This document shows, one piece after another, positions 9,018-18,826 of a stretch of 32,000 nucleotides of DNA. The position numbers and the translations under genes were made by a program. Within the stretch, counting starts at the first letter, position 1. Every line of letters begins with the position of its first letter. Origin of the DNA: Candidatus Hermodarchaeota archaeon (GTDB lineage: Archaea; Asgardarchaeota; Heimdallarchaeia; Hodarchaeales; Hodarchaeaceae); contig JBHLKY010000003.1 in the NCBI GenBank assembly GCA_048886185.1, forward strand, positions 60,001 to 92,000, written 5' to 3'. The notes under the pieces are model-generated. The model saw nothing but the letters and a program-made list of their open reading frames with translations, did not search any database and was not told the DNA's origin.

Positions 9018-9656
9018 ATGGTACCTCGGTTGTCTTTAGCTCCTGGACATGAAAATGTTACCTTAGCTTTGATGACTCTCTTCCTTGTATTCGTATTCTA
9101 CAGTCTCGTATATCCTTTGTTAGTCTTTTTTCTCCCATTCTTTGTTTTAGGATTAGGTGGTCATCTCTTTTTCTTCAGGGATCCTGATCGTGAGATTAAA
9201 AGTGATTCTCAACTCATATATGCCCCTGCAGATGGCAAAATTTATGAAATTGATGGTTCTAAAGGAATTATTAGGATAAGAATGTCAATTTTTGATGTTC
9301 ATGTTACTCGGATCCCTATTACTGGTACTATTTTTGACATTAAATCTCAAAAAGGAAAACATTGGCCCTTCCTTTCATTTATTGGACGAGGATCCTATGA
9401 GAATTCTCGGCAAATAATTAATATTAAGAATTCAATAGGTGAATTTCTTGTTGTTCAAATTGTGGGAATAATAGCTCGACGCTGCATAGTCTATTTTTCG
9501 GTCGGTGATCACATCCAACAAGGTGAACGACTTGGAATGATTTATTATGGTAGTGAGGTTGACATCCATTTTCCTCCAGAAAAATTTGAAATTTTAGCGA
9601 AGAAAAAGGATAAAACAGTTGCAGGTCAAACACCAATTGCAAAATTGAAGGACTAA
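9018..9656 (+). CDS. psd: Phosphatidylserine/archaetidylserine decarboxylase proenzyme
   Basis: FFRDPDR, APADGKI, MSIFDVHVTRIP, GERLGMIYYGSEVD self-cleavage (GS) motif. Confidence 0.92.
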   Translation: MVPRLSLAPGHENVTLALMTLFLVFVFYSLVYPLLVFFLPFFVLGLGGHLFFFRDPDREIKSDSQLIYAPADGKIYEIDGSKGIIRIRMSIFDVHVTRIPITGTIFDIKSQKGKHWPFLSFIGRGSYENSRQIINIKNSIGEFLVVQIVGIIARRCIVYFSVGDHIQQGERLGMIYYGSEVDIHFPPEKFEILAKKKDKTVAGQTPIAKLKD

Positions 9657-9673
9657 TAATCTAAGCTTTCTAT

Positions 9674-10411
9674 ATGGTGCAAATATTGTATTCATTTAAT
9701 AGATTCAGTTTGCTAGCGTTCATATTTACTGGTTTAAATGCTCTTTTTGGTATTATTGGAATTATTGTATCCATTTATTCTTCAGATGAACTTCTATATC
9801 TTCCAATGCAGCTGCTGATTTTTGGGGCGATATTTGATTATCTAGATGGCAGAATAGCTAAAAAATCTCCTACAAGCTCTACTTTAGGAACCTATTCTGA
9901 TTCTGTTGGAGATGTTATAACCTTTGCTATCCTTCCTGGAATAATGTTGCTTAATGCACCTATTGCAGGGAATGAAGTCAACGATTTAAGTTCAATTATG
10001 GCATTAGGAATCGCAGGATTTTATTCTCTGTGTGGTTGGCTAAGATTAATCCGGTTTGCGACTAATCCCACCGAAATCCATTTTGATGGGCTTCCTTCTC
10101 CTGCTGCAGCTCTTTTAATAGGATCGAGTGCCATATTAGCAACATTCGATGAGATGACATGGCTTTTCTGGCCTAATGGAGTTCCCCTCACATTATTAAC
10201 AATTATTACTGGTTTATTGATGGTAATAACCCTAAGCTACCCTACTCCAAAGCGTGGAAAGACTCCTGACATGATCGCAATAAGTATCGCGGGATTAGTC
10301 GTATTATTCTTCGTCTTTTTCCCCCATTATTTCACTCTAAGTTTCATACTTCTCATAGCCATACTTTACACTGTTTTTGGACCATTATATCTAAGAAGAA
10401 CAAGTAAATAG
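9674..10411 (+). CDS. pssA: CDP-alcohol phosphatidyltransferase, phosphatidylserine/archaetidylserine synthase
   Basis: DYLDGRIAK-x7-G-x3-D-x3-D motif, RLIRF, FDGLPSPAAA; multi-TM; adjacent to psd. Confidence 0.88.
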   Translation: MVQILYSFNRFSLLAFIFTGLNALFGIIGIIVSIYSSDELLYLPMQLLIFGAIFDYLDGRIAKKSPTSSTLGTYSDSVGDVITFAILPGIMLLNAPIAGNEVNDLSSIMALGIAGFYSLCGWLRLIRFATNPTEIHFDGLPSPAAALLIGSSAILATFDEMTWLFWPNGVPLTLLTIITGLLMVITLSYPTPKRGKTPDMIAISIAGLVVLFFVFFPHYFTLSFILLIAILYTVFGPLYLRRTSK

Positions 10412-10438
10412 AACTAACTTTGATACCGTTTGATTCAC

Positions 10439-11359
10439 CTAATATCGTCGCAATAAATCTAAAACTATCCTTGTAATAGTATCCTCGACTTCTGTTTGTT
10501 GATAAAGTGTTTTTAGAAAATTATTCAAGTCAGTTAAATTGGGATGTCGTGTTTTTAACAAGAGTGAATATTCTTGGTTTGTTCGATAAATGTCTATTAC
10601 TCGAGTGTTATTTAAACAGAAATTAGTAACTGAACGATATCTTCCCAACGGAGCTTTTATCTGGATATAGGAATGTAAATAGTACTCCTGCCAGAAAGGG
10701 GTATTTATTGAGTATCCTAGAATGATTTTCTCATCTTTCCAGTTCTTTAACTGACGATAGACAACTGATTGGCTAACATTTAGTTGTTTCGCTATATAAT
10801 ATGTTGAAGGTGGTAATTCAGATTCTTCTCCTAGTTTCTGAATCTGATGTAATTTTTCTATTTCCTGAGGCCTTAAAGCTCTTTTTAACTGCTGACATGG
10901 AAATCCGTATTCTTTATATGCTTTAATGACCTCTATTGGCTGATATTTCTGAAAAGTTGTTTCACCCACCAGTTCATACAGGTGTTCTAATGAATCTAAA
11001 AATTCTGAAGCGTTAGGAAAATGAAAACGGCATATTAGTGAATATCCTCCAGTTATTCCCTCTAAACTGCTTAAATGGGTTCGATCATAATTATTTAACA
11101 ATTTAGTAACGACTAATGGTTCATTAGGATTAGTTTTCAATAAAAAAAAGAAGATTTGTTGTTTTTGAAATGAAGGATTCAATACTACATTCCATGATTC
11201 AATTAAACCCTCTCTTCGCAATTTACATATAGTTTTTCTAAATAATGACGTAGACATACCAAGTTCTTCAGCAATCCCTCGTAATGAGATTTTTTCTCTT
11301 CTACTCAAGCTAACGATGATTTGTTCTGCAATATTATCTGAATTCCACTTTTTTCTCAT
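10439..11359 (-). CDS. Lrp/AsnC family regulator with two tandem HTH+RAM units
   Basis: HTH1 SLRGIAEELGMS..., RAM1 ITGGYSLICR; HTH2 IAKQLNVSQSVVYRQL, RAM2 YRTNQEYSLLLK...TITRIVL. Confidence 0.85.
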   Translation of the reverse strand: MRKKWNSDNIAEQIIVSLSRREKISLRGIAEELGMSTSLFRKTICKLRREGLIESWNVVLNPSFQKQQIFFFLLKTNPNEPLVVTKLLNNYDRTHLSSLEGITGGYSLICRFHFPNASEFLDSLEHLYELVGETTFQKYQPIEVIKAYKEYGFPCQQLKRALRPQEIEKLHQIQKLGEESELPPSTYYIAKQLNVSQSVVYRQLKNWKDEKIILGYSINTPFWQEYYLHSYIQIKAPLGRYRSVTNFCLNNTRVIDIYRTNQEYSLLLKTRHPNLTDLNNFLKTLYQQTEVEDTITRIVLDLLRRY

Positions 11360-11490
11360 GAGAAGCTATTAAATACAATATACTTTATATATTTTTAACT
11401 ATTTTAATACCAATATTAGCTCAGAAGCGCTATTATATTAAGATGGCAATTCTTTTAATGTGTGAAACTTAAAGAAAAATTCCTGAATCG

Positions 11491-12843
11491 GTGATTTTGA
11501 TGCCAATTACAACAGTAAAAGGAGAAACTTTCGAAATTAAAGATCCTTCCTTGAAAGAAGAAGGATTGAAAACCATGCGATGGGCTGAAAGTCGTATGCC
11601 TGTCCTACAACTCATTAAAAAGCGTTTTGAAGAAGAAAAGCCATTGAAAGGAGTACGTATCGGAGCATGTCTTCATGTCACTAAGGAAACATCACAATTA
11701 TGTGAAACATGGCTAGCAGGGGGAGCAGAAGTCTATCTCTGTGCTTCTAATCCATTATCATCCCAGGATGAGATTACTGCAGCACTTGTTTCAAAAGGTG
11801 TCCATGTGTATGCGTGGAAGTTTATGGATACGGAAGGATATTACCGATCGATTGGGAATGTAATTAAAGCTCGCCCAATGATCACCATCGATGATGGAGC
11901 AGATCTTGTCTCAATACTTCATAAACTTAAACGTGGAGAAATTGATGAAGAAGTTGAAATCATTAAAAAAATCCTTGGAGATGAAACAAAAATAATTGAT
12001 GGAGTTTGGGGTGGAGCTGAAGAGACCACCACAGGCATTATTCGCCTTCAAGCTATGGCAGATGATGGAGCTCTGTTATATCCCATCATGGCTACCAATT
12101 CTTCACCCTGTAAGAACCTATATGATAATGTTTATGGAACAGGCCAATCGACCATCGATGGTATTCTACGAGCTACAGCAGATCTGATAGCTTCAAAAGT
12201 GTTCGTTGTAGGAGGGTATGGACATTGTGGTAAGGGCATTGCAATGCGTGCTAAAGGGATGGGTGCCCGTCGGGTTATAATTACAGAAATTGAACCTCAT
12301 GCTGCCTTACAGGCTGTCATGGAGGGAATGGAAGTTATGCCAATGCATGAAGCTGCAAAAATCGCAGATATAATCGTTACTGCTACTGGATGTAAAGATG
12401 TTGTTAGAAGGGAACACTTTGAAGTAATGAAAGATGGATGTGTGGTAGCAAACAGCGGCCATTTCAATGTTGAGATCAATATCTCAGATCTAGAAGCTCT
12501 AGCAATTAAAAAAACGGATATCCGTCCATTTATTGAACAATTTACTCTCGGTGATGGCCGAAAAATAAATCTTCTTGGAGAAGGAAGGCTAATTAATCTT
12601 GCAGCGGCAGAGGGCCATCCAAGTGAGGTTATGGACCTTAGTTTCTCTCTCCAAGCTTTAGCCAGTGAATATATCGTCAAAAACAAAGAGTACTTTGCTA
12701 AAATAGGAGGAAAAGTTGTTCAAATTCCAGAAAATATTGATAATAATATCGCTTATCTAAAGTGTGAAACTTTAGGGGTTAATCTAGATGAATTAACACC
12801 AGAACAAGACAACTATCTCTCTAGTTGGCGTACAGGGACTTAA
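11491..12843 (+). CDS. ahcY: Adenosylhomocysteinase
   Basis: CLHVTKET, DDGAD, EETTTG, DNVYGTGQS, GYGHCGKG, NLAAAEGHP; start possibly ATG 11500. Confidence 0.96.
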   Translation: MILMPITTVKGETFEIKDPSLKEEGLKTMRWAESRMPVLQLIKKRFEEEKPLKGVRIGACLHVTKETSQLCETWLAGGAEVYLCASNPLSSQDEITAALVSKGVHVYAWKFMDTEGYYRSIGNVIKARPMITIDDGADLVSILHKLKRGEIDEEVEIIKKILGDETKIIDGVWGGAEETTTGIIRLQAMADDGALLYPIMATNSSPCKNLYDNVYGTGQSTIDGILRATADLIASKVFVVGGYGHCGKGIAMRAKGMGARRVIITEIEPHAALQAVMEGMEVMPMHEAAKIADIIVTATGCKDVVRREHFEVMKDGCVVANSGHFNVEINISDLEALAIKKTDIRPFIEQFTLGDGRKINLLGEGRLINLAAAEGHPSEVMDLSFSLQALASEYIVKNKEYFAKIGGKVVQIPENIDNNIAYLKCETLGVNLDELTPEQDNYLSSWRTGT

Positions 12844-12909
12844 GGTTAGGGCATTCTTTTTCCAATCCCTACTCTTTATTCATTTTCTGAGAGCAGCGAT
12901 AAATACATA

Positions 12910-13749
12910 TTACTCTATCTTTTCCAGAAAATGATTCAGGCTAAAGTCATAGAGAGCTACTTTTGCCTTGGCCTCCATTAAATGCTCTTTCAGTGTATGA
13001 TGAAATAATTGAAGACTTTTTTGATCGTATTCAAACTGAAGATCTTTATACTGTACCGATTCTAAAATCAGATTTTCAGGTGGAGCTGTTGGAGGTTTTT
13101 TGTTGGTACGTTTAGCTTCTAGTAGCTGATAAGTATATTGTAAATCATATTTTCCAGCGGAAATTTCTATTAAATGTCCAATGATACGCCGTACCTGCTG
13201 CCAGAGAAAAGACTTTGAAGACAATCGGATTTGATAGATCTTATCCCCTAGAGTGAAGATATCAGCTGTTTTAAGATCCTTAACTGTACTTACTTCTTTC
13301 TTTGGATCATTCTTTGCGAAGTTCCGAAAATCATGTTTACCAATTAATATTGAAAGTGTTTCACGGGCAAGAGTGATATCAAACTTCTCATCGGTAACCA
13401 AAAAATATGAATATGTTCGTAAGTTTGCATCTCGTCGAGGATGAAAGCCAGAAGAAACCTTTGTTAAGCCTAAAACTTGAATTGGATCAGGTAGGTAGAA
13501 ATTGATTTCAGACAAAATTGGAGCTTGTTTAGTCTTTAAGGATAGAACTTGACCAAGAGCACCCACTCCGCGATCAGTCCGACTAGCATAACGTATTTCC
13601 GCATCAACTTCAGATTCAATTAATCTTGCATTTCTGAATGCTGAGCATAACTGAGTGAATATGTTCTGAGGATCATGCAGCTGGTTACTAAATCCCGAAT
13701 AACTGAGAGTGGGTAAATATCCTAAACAGATTGCGTACCGTTGCATCAA
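12910..13749 (-). CDS. truA: tRNA pseudouridine(38-40) synthase TruA
   Basis: SRTDRGV catalytic motif, GKHDFRNF, FLWQQVRRI, APPENLIL. Confidence 0.92.
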   Translation of the reverse strand: MMQRYAICLGYLPTLSYSGFSNQLHDPQNIFTQLCSAFRNARLIESEVDAEIRYASRTDRGVGALGQVLSLKTKQAPILSEINFYLPDPIQVLGLTKVSSGFHPRRDANLRTYSYFLVTDEKFDITLARETLSILIGKHDFRNFAKNDPKKEVSTVKDLKTADIFTLGDKIYQIRLSSKSFLWQQVRRIIGHLIEISAGKYDLQYTYQLLEAKRTNKKPPTAPPENLILESVQYKDLQFEYDQKSLQLFHHTLKEHLMEAKAKVALYDFSLNHFLEKIE

Positions 13750-14849
13750 ATTTCTCCAGATTTTCTCTTTATCATCAGTTTTCGGATCTGATCCTGATTT
13801 TTTTCCGAGAAATCAATTAATAATTGCTTAATTTTCTCTCCATTGTTCATTGATAGTAAAACTAAATCTCTTTGGGGGAAATTTTGTTTCCAGAAGATAT
13901 TTAGCTCTGCTTTCTGATTTTCAGTAAGTAAGTCTTCTTTCCCACAAATCAAGATTATTGGAATGTCGTGAAAATTCTGCGAGATCTGGAAAAAAAGATT
14001 CTTTTGAGGTATAAGAGATAGGTCTTGAGTAAAGTCAAAAATAAAGACTATTGCAGTAGCCAAAGTTTTCAAAGCAGCAATTGCTCTTAATTCTATCTCA
14101 TTACGTTCCTCTAATGACCGATCTAAAATGCCCGGTGTATCTACAATTTGGTAGGAAATATGGCTAAGTGGTCTTTCAGATGTACTTGGGGCGAAAATAG
14201 GGGCTTTTAAATGGCCTAAAGTCACTTCCTTCGTAGTAAAAGGGTAAGCTCCTATTTCAGGAGTTGCTGATGTTACTGCATTCACTAAAGAGCTTTTTCC
14301 AACATTTGGATACCCTGCAATACATATTGTTGGTTGTTCTAAATCAATACCTGGCATCACTCGCATGCGTGCTCTTATGGTCTCTATAAATTCTAATCTA
14401 GCATCCAATTTTTTGATAACAGACTTCATTCGTCCAAATGCAGCTCTTCGTAATTTTTTTGCTGCTAAAACTGATTTTGCGTTCCAAATGTCCCCGAGAT
14501 ACTCACGTTTGATTTTCCAGATAACATCAGCGGCACCAGAGAATGAACCAAGTGTTTTACGTATTTTATCTAAACCAAAACTAATATCCAGTATTTCTAA
14601 ATAAAATCCCGATATGGTCTCTGCTTCCAAACGTGGAAATTCTTCAACAATGCGGAACAGCCGATTCCTTAGCTCTTTAGAAAGAAGTTCAGTTCTAGTT
14701 GCTTCTTTCTTACGAATTCTACGTATATGAGGTACACTTTCGGATGTTCCTCTTACTGATGTCTTCATAACGCTGTTTTCAGCCATCAAAAATAGTTTTT
14801 CTGCTCGTGGGATGGGAGTAACAGCACGAAATGGATTTACAGATGGCAT
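13746..14849 (-). CDS. Nog1-family ribosome biogenesis GTPase
   Basis: N-terminal helical NOG1 domain, GYPNVGKSS, YPFTTK, DTPGILDR..ERNEIE. Confidence 0.92.
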   Translation of the reverse strand: MPSVNPFRAVTPIPRAEKLFLMAENSVMKTSVRGTSESVPHIRRIRKKEATRTELLSKELRNRLFRIVEEFPRLEAETISGFYLEILDISFGLDKIRKTLGSFSGAADVIWKIKREYLGDIWNAKSVLAAKKLRRAAFGRMKSVIKKLDARLEFIETIRARMRVMPGIDLEQPTICIAGYPNVGKSSLVNAVTSATPEIGAYPFTTKEVTLGHLKAPIFAPSTSERPLSHISYQIVDTPGILDRSLEERNEIELRAIAALKTLATAIVFIFDFTQDLSLIPQKNLFFQISQNFHDIPIILICGKEDLLTENQKAELNIFWKQNFPQRDLVLLSMNNGEKIKQLLIDFSEKNQDQIRKLMIKRKSGEI

Positions 14850-14881
14850 ACACAGACATCCAAGCTTTTATTTTGTATTTT

Positions 14882-15406
14882 TCAATCAGTTTCATGAATA
14901 ATATCTTGTATTCGATTTAGTCCATCTATTGACTCTATGACATCCCATACCGCTTTTGGAACCATCTGACGCCATTTGGTTCCTTCAGCCATATATTTCC
15001 GAATTTGGGCTCCCTTAAAATCAACACGATTAAATGGGCCTGTAGATTTAACATCCATTCCTTCTTCCATGAATAAACGACGAGTAAGACTGTTATTTGT
15101 ATACACACACGTAAAAGGGGGGCAGTAGCTACGTAGATGACTCACCCACACAGAATTACGATGAATATCTGGGATAGTTACAACATAAATCCGTTCTAAT
15201 GGAATATTCGCCTCCTTTACGGCTGCACGAATCATTAATACTCTTTCTCCAGCAGTGAAAGGATCCGAAACAGTGTGAGACTCTTGAGTACTTCCGATGG
15301 CTATAATAATTTCCTCTTCGTGTTCTAAAATATCATGAACAGCTTTTAGATGACCCAAATGGAATGGATTAAACCGTCCAACAAACAACCCTCGGGTTTT
15401 ATTCAT
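14882..15406 (-). CDS. nadM: Nicotinamide-nucleotide adenylyltransferase
   Basis: GRFNPFHLGH, IGSTQESH...PFTAGER motifs. Confidence 0.93.
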   Translation of the reverse strand: MNKTRGLFVGRFNPFHLGHLKAVHDILEHEEEIIIAIGSTQESHTVSDPFTAGERVLMIRAAVKEANIPLERIYVVTIPDIHRNSVWVSHLRSYCPPFTCVYTNNSLTRRLFMEEGMDVKSTGPFNRVDFKGAQIRKYMAEGTKWRQMVPKAVWDVIESIDGLNRIQDIIHETD

Positions 15407-16214
15407 ACTTTTTGACCTCTATTTGCTTCTCTTTTTGTTTTATTGCTTCTTCCAATGAAATTTTGCCTAAAGCTACAGAATGGGCAAGTTCTGCATCTAA
15501 AGTGATTCTATTGTATGATAATTTCCGACTCCATTTTTGAATTTCTTTTATCCTACCAGAGGGTATTTTTGTTCTTACCAGGTGATTTTGTCTTTTTCCT
15601 GAACGATGAGCAATAGTAATTGCTGCTGCTTCATCGGGTCCAAATGTACCATCAGGTGTTATTTTTCTGAGATTTGAATTTGTCTCTTTTACTATCTCGA
15701 TTTTAATATTATCTATATTACTAAAGACTGTAAAAAGCTTGTTAAATATTATTTTTGATACAGAAGTGGGTTGATCACCAATACGAATTACTACCAGTTC
15801 ACTAGGAAATAAAATTATAAATTCCTCTATTTTTTTTGATAATTGGCGTAACCTACTAGTATCTGCAGCCAAAATCATTCCATCGCAGATGGCTGCTAAC
15901 CCTATCTGCTCACCAGGGTCAACTCCCACTATAACTTGTTTAAATTTGGGTTCTCTTTTTCTCACTATTAATCCAATAATTTTAGTAATCAGAAGTGGTT
16001 CAATTTGGTTTAGGTTAAGCCGGAGGACTTTTGGTTCATCCATATAATGGATATATTCTTGATCTGTGATAACTAGATCATACTTATGAAAGGGAATTGT
16101 TTGATTTAGTGCAAAAAACTTGACTATTAAATGGGACCCTTGAAATAGTTTCGAAATTCTGTAATAAAATCGCATATTACCTGTTTGAATGGCAATTCGA
16201 TAATTTACTGGCAA
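15399..16214 (-). CDS. Conserved hypothetical protein with YqgF/RuvC-like RNase H fold
   Basis: IVGVDPGEQIGLA, RIGD, IVKETNS, DEAAAITIA align by eye with YqgF-type catalytic motifs; overlaps nadM start by 8 nt. Confidence 0.5.
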   Translation of the reverse strand: MPVNYRIAIQTGNMRFYYRISKLFQGSHLIVKFFALNQTIPFHKYDLVITDQEYIHYMDEPKVLRLNLNQIEPLLITKIIGLIVRKREPKFKQVIVGVDPGEQIGLAAICDGMILAADTSRLRQLSKKIEEFIILFPSELVVIRIGDQPTSVSKIIFNKLFTVFSNIDNIKIEIVKETNSNLRKITPDGTFGPDEAAAITIAHRSGKRQNHLVRTKIPSGRIKEIQKWSRKLSYNRITLDAELAHSVALGKISLEEAIKQKEKQIEVKKYE

Positions 16215-16364
16215 ATCAAACCCTGATATCTATGAAACACTTTATAGATCCATTTTTCTTCAGAGATATTATATACCTCTCAAACATTATTTTACAGAAT
16301 ATTAACTAATTTATTTAACTTACCTATCAGAGGATATTAATATCATTGAAAAGAAGTAAATACA

Positions 16365-16976
16365 ATGGAAGATCCACTCCATTCACTCCAACAGAAACAG
16401 AAGATTGCTATTCAGCTTTATGGTCTTCCTGGAACATATAAAACTACAGTTCTCGTTCAAATTATTATTAAAAAATTAAAAGAGGGATATGATCGTATTT
16501 ATTTAATAGATAATACCGGAAATTTCCCAATCGTTCGACTTAAATCGATTAAACACCTATTACAGAACATGCTTGTTTTTCACCCCAAAACACTTGAAGA
16601 AGAGGCAATCCTACTAGATGATTTCGACATATTATTTCTTTCAGAGGATTCCATTCTCTTGATTGACGATGTTTTTCGACACACGAATCTCGAAAATGAG
16701 TACAATATTCATCTTAATTCCTATATCTTAGCGCAAGTAAACGCTATTGCAAAAAGAATCTGTTTTCCTGTTATTTTAACAAATCAGGCACGCAGCTATG
16801 ATAAAAATATTCAGCCTTTCTTTCATAATCTCACCCTTCAGTACTTGGATTGGCACTTCTTTTTTGAGAAGTCGCGAAATCCCAATCATATCCTTGTTAC
16901 TTTCTTCGAAAAAGATCGCTATGTTTTACAGAGCGAATATAAAATCAATTCATCAGGATTTATAATTAATTTTTAG
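16365..16976 (+). CDS. RadB-like RecA-family protein
   Basis: Walker A-like GLPGTYKTT, IDN, Walker B LLIDD, VILTNQ; no N-terminal HhH domain, 203 aa. Confidence 0.7.
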   Translation: MEDPLHSLQQKQKIAIQLYGLPGTYKTTVLVQIIIKKLKEGYDRIYLIDNTGNFPIVRLKSIKHLLQNMLVFHPKTLEEEAILLDDFDILFLSEDSILLIDDVFRHTNLENEYNIHLNSYILAQVNAIAKRICFPVILTNQARSYDKNIQPFFHNLTLQYLDWHFFFEKSRNPNHILVTFFEKDRYVLQSEYKINSSGFIINF

Positions 16977-17016
16977 TTAATAGAACTTTATTCCTTTAAT
17001 CTTGGTAAGAAATCTA

Positions 17017-18822
17017 TTAGATCCTTCGTACCTGTTTTAAGAATTCTTGATATGCAATTCTAATATATGTTGGTCGTCCATGAGCACAAATCTGTGGATT
17101 ATCTATCTTTACAAGTTGGTGCAGTAGATCTTTTGTTTGTTGGAAGGATAATAATTCTCCTGCACGATAAGAAGCATGACATGCTATTAGATTTAGAATT
17201 TCATTGATTTGCTCTTCAAATACTGTTTTAGGAATGGTATCTAACAATGATCCCAAGAATTTCTTTAAATCGGTCTTTGCTAAGATTCTAGGAATAGCAA
17301 AAACCTCTATTTCTCGTTTGTTTCCTTTAGGGATTCTGAAATCAAATCCTAGGTTGTTAAATTGAGGGAGAGAATCCATTATAAGGATTTGTTGTTCTGG
17401 AGTCAAAAAGAATCGAAATGGTTTAAGAAAAGTTTGAGAACTAACTTTCTTAACCAAGAACATTGCTTTAATCTTTTCTAGGTTAACTCGCTCATGAGCT
17501 GCATGAAAATCGAGAATAATTAGATCATGATTTGCGATATCTTCTAGTAAAAGAAATTCTTTTCCAAGAGGCCCACGAAATCTTAACTCTGTTCCCAAAA
17601 AGGGAATCATTTCAGATTTTTCATTAGTAATAACATCGAAAGGTGTTTCGCTAGCAGTGGTTAGCTCTATACTTTTGAAATCAGGTTGTAGGCTTATTCG
17701 CTGATTTCTATCAGCCCGTTTTGCATCCTTATGAGTTAATGAATGCTTTTTCCCATCGATTTCGTTTATTGATAGCTCAGTTTGAAGTTCTTTCTTTACT
17801 TGTGATCTTAAATGGGGAACCACTGCTTGTGTTTTGAGACAATGTGAGACAGTTGAGGTTAAAGTTGTAATCAATTCTTTTTCTTGAAAAAAAAGAACTT
17901 CACGCTTCTGAGGGTGAATATTCACATCAAAATGACTAGGATCAAGTTCAAGAAATAGAAATGCAGCAGGAAACTCTCGTTTCATCAAATATGATCCATA
18001 TCCTTCCTCCAAGGCTGATTGAAGAATCTTTGAGAAAATACGTCTTCCATTAAGATAAAAAAATTGATATTTCCTGTTTCGTCTGTGATGACCCTGTTTA
18101 CTAAGATAACCATGAATTAGGATATTATCGCGTTGTATGATACCAATATCGAGGAGAGATCCAGCGATGTCTTGACCGAAGGTTTCACTTATAGCAGAAA
18201 GATGATTTTGACTCTTTACTGTCTGAAATTCAAGCTCGCCATCTGAAATATAGGTGAATGAAATTTGAGGATGACCAATAGCATATTGGGCAACAATTTC
18301 GTAAATATAGGATTGTTCAATAGAGGCTTTCTTCAAAAATTTTCTACGTACAATAAAATTAAAAAACAAATCACGAATCTGAACAAGAGTTCCTGGGGAA
18401 GCCATGACCTCTTCTGAAATTTGACTTCTATCTGTATCACCCTCTACTGTGATACGGGTTGCTAGCTCATCTTCAACTGTTCGACTAATAAGAGAGAATC
18501 TAGAAACAGATGCTATTGAATACAACGCTTCTCCGCGGAACCCCAAAGTAGAAATTGAATCTAAGTCTTGTTCGGAACTAATCTTACTAGTGGCGTGACG
18601 TTTGATGGTTAAAGGAAGATCTTCGGGAGGAATTCCCGTTCCATTGTCACGGATTTCTATCAAATCCTTCCCACCATTTTTAATCATCACTCTAATCTCA
18701 GAAGCAGAAGCGTCTATCGCATTTTCCAGTAACTCTTTCACAACACTGGCAGGACGCTCAATAACTTCACCTGCAGCGATTTTACTTACACATATGGGAT
18801 CTAATATCCGAATTCGAGGCAA
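17017..18822 (-). CDS. mutL: DNA mismatch repair endonuclease MutL
   Basis: IAAGEVIERPASVVKELLENAIDA, DNGTG, LGFRGEAL GHKL motifs; C-terminal DFHAAHERVNLE, ACH, CAHGRP. TTG 18822 has AGGAG upstream and avoids overlap with mutS (track start 18852). Confidence 0.96.
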   Translation of the reverse strand: MPRIRILDPICVSKIAAGEVIERPASVVKELLENAIDASASEIRVMIKNGGKDLIEIRDNGTGIPPEDLPLTIKRHATSKISSEQDLDSISTLGFRGEALYSIASVSRFSLISRTVEDELATRITVEGDTDRSQISEEVMASPGTLVQIRDLFFNFIVRRKFLKKASIEQSYIYEIVAQYAIGHPQISFTYISDGELEFQTVKSQNHLSAISETFGQDIAGSLLDIGIIQRDNILIHGYLSKQGHHRRNRKYQFFYLNGRRIFSKILQSALEEGYGSYLMKREFPAAFLFLELDPSHFDVNIHPQKREVLFFQEKELITTLTSTVSHCLKTQAVVPHLRSQVKKELQTELSINEIDGKKHSLTHKDAKRADRNQRISLQPDFKSIELTTASETPFDVITNEKSEMIPFLGTELRFRGPLGKEFLLLEDIANHDLIILDFHAAHERVNLEKIKAMFLVKKVSSQTFLKPFRFFLTPEQQILIMDSLPQFNNLGFDFRIPKGNKREIEVFAIPRILAKTDLKKFLGSLLDTIPKTVFEEQINEILNLIACHASYRAGELLSFQQTKDLLHQLVKIDNPQICAHGRPTYIRIAYQEFLKQVRRI

Positions 18823-18826
18823 ACGG

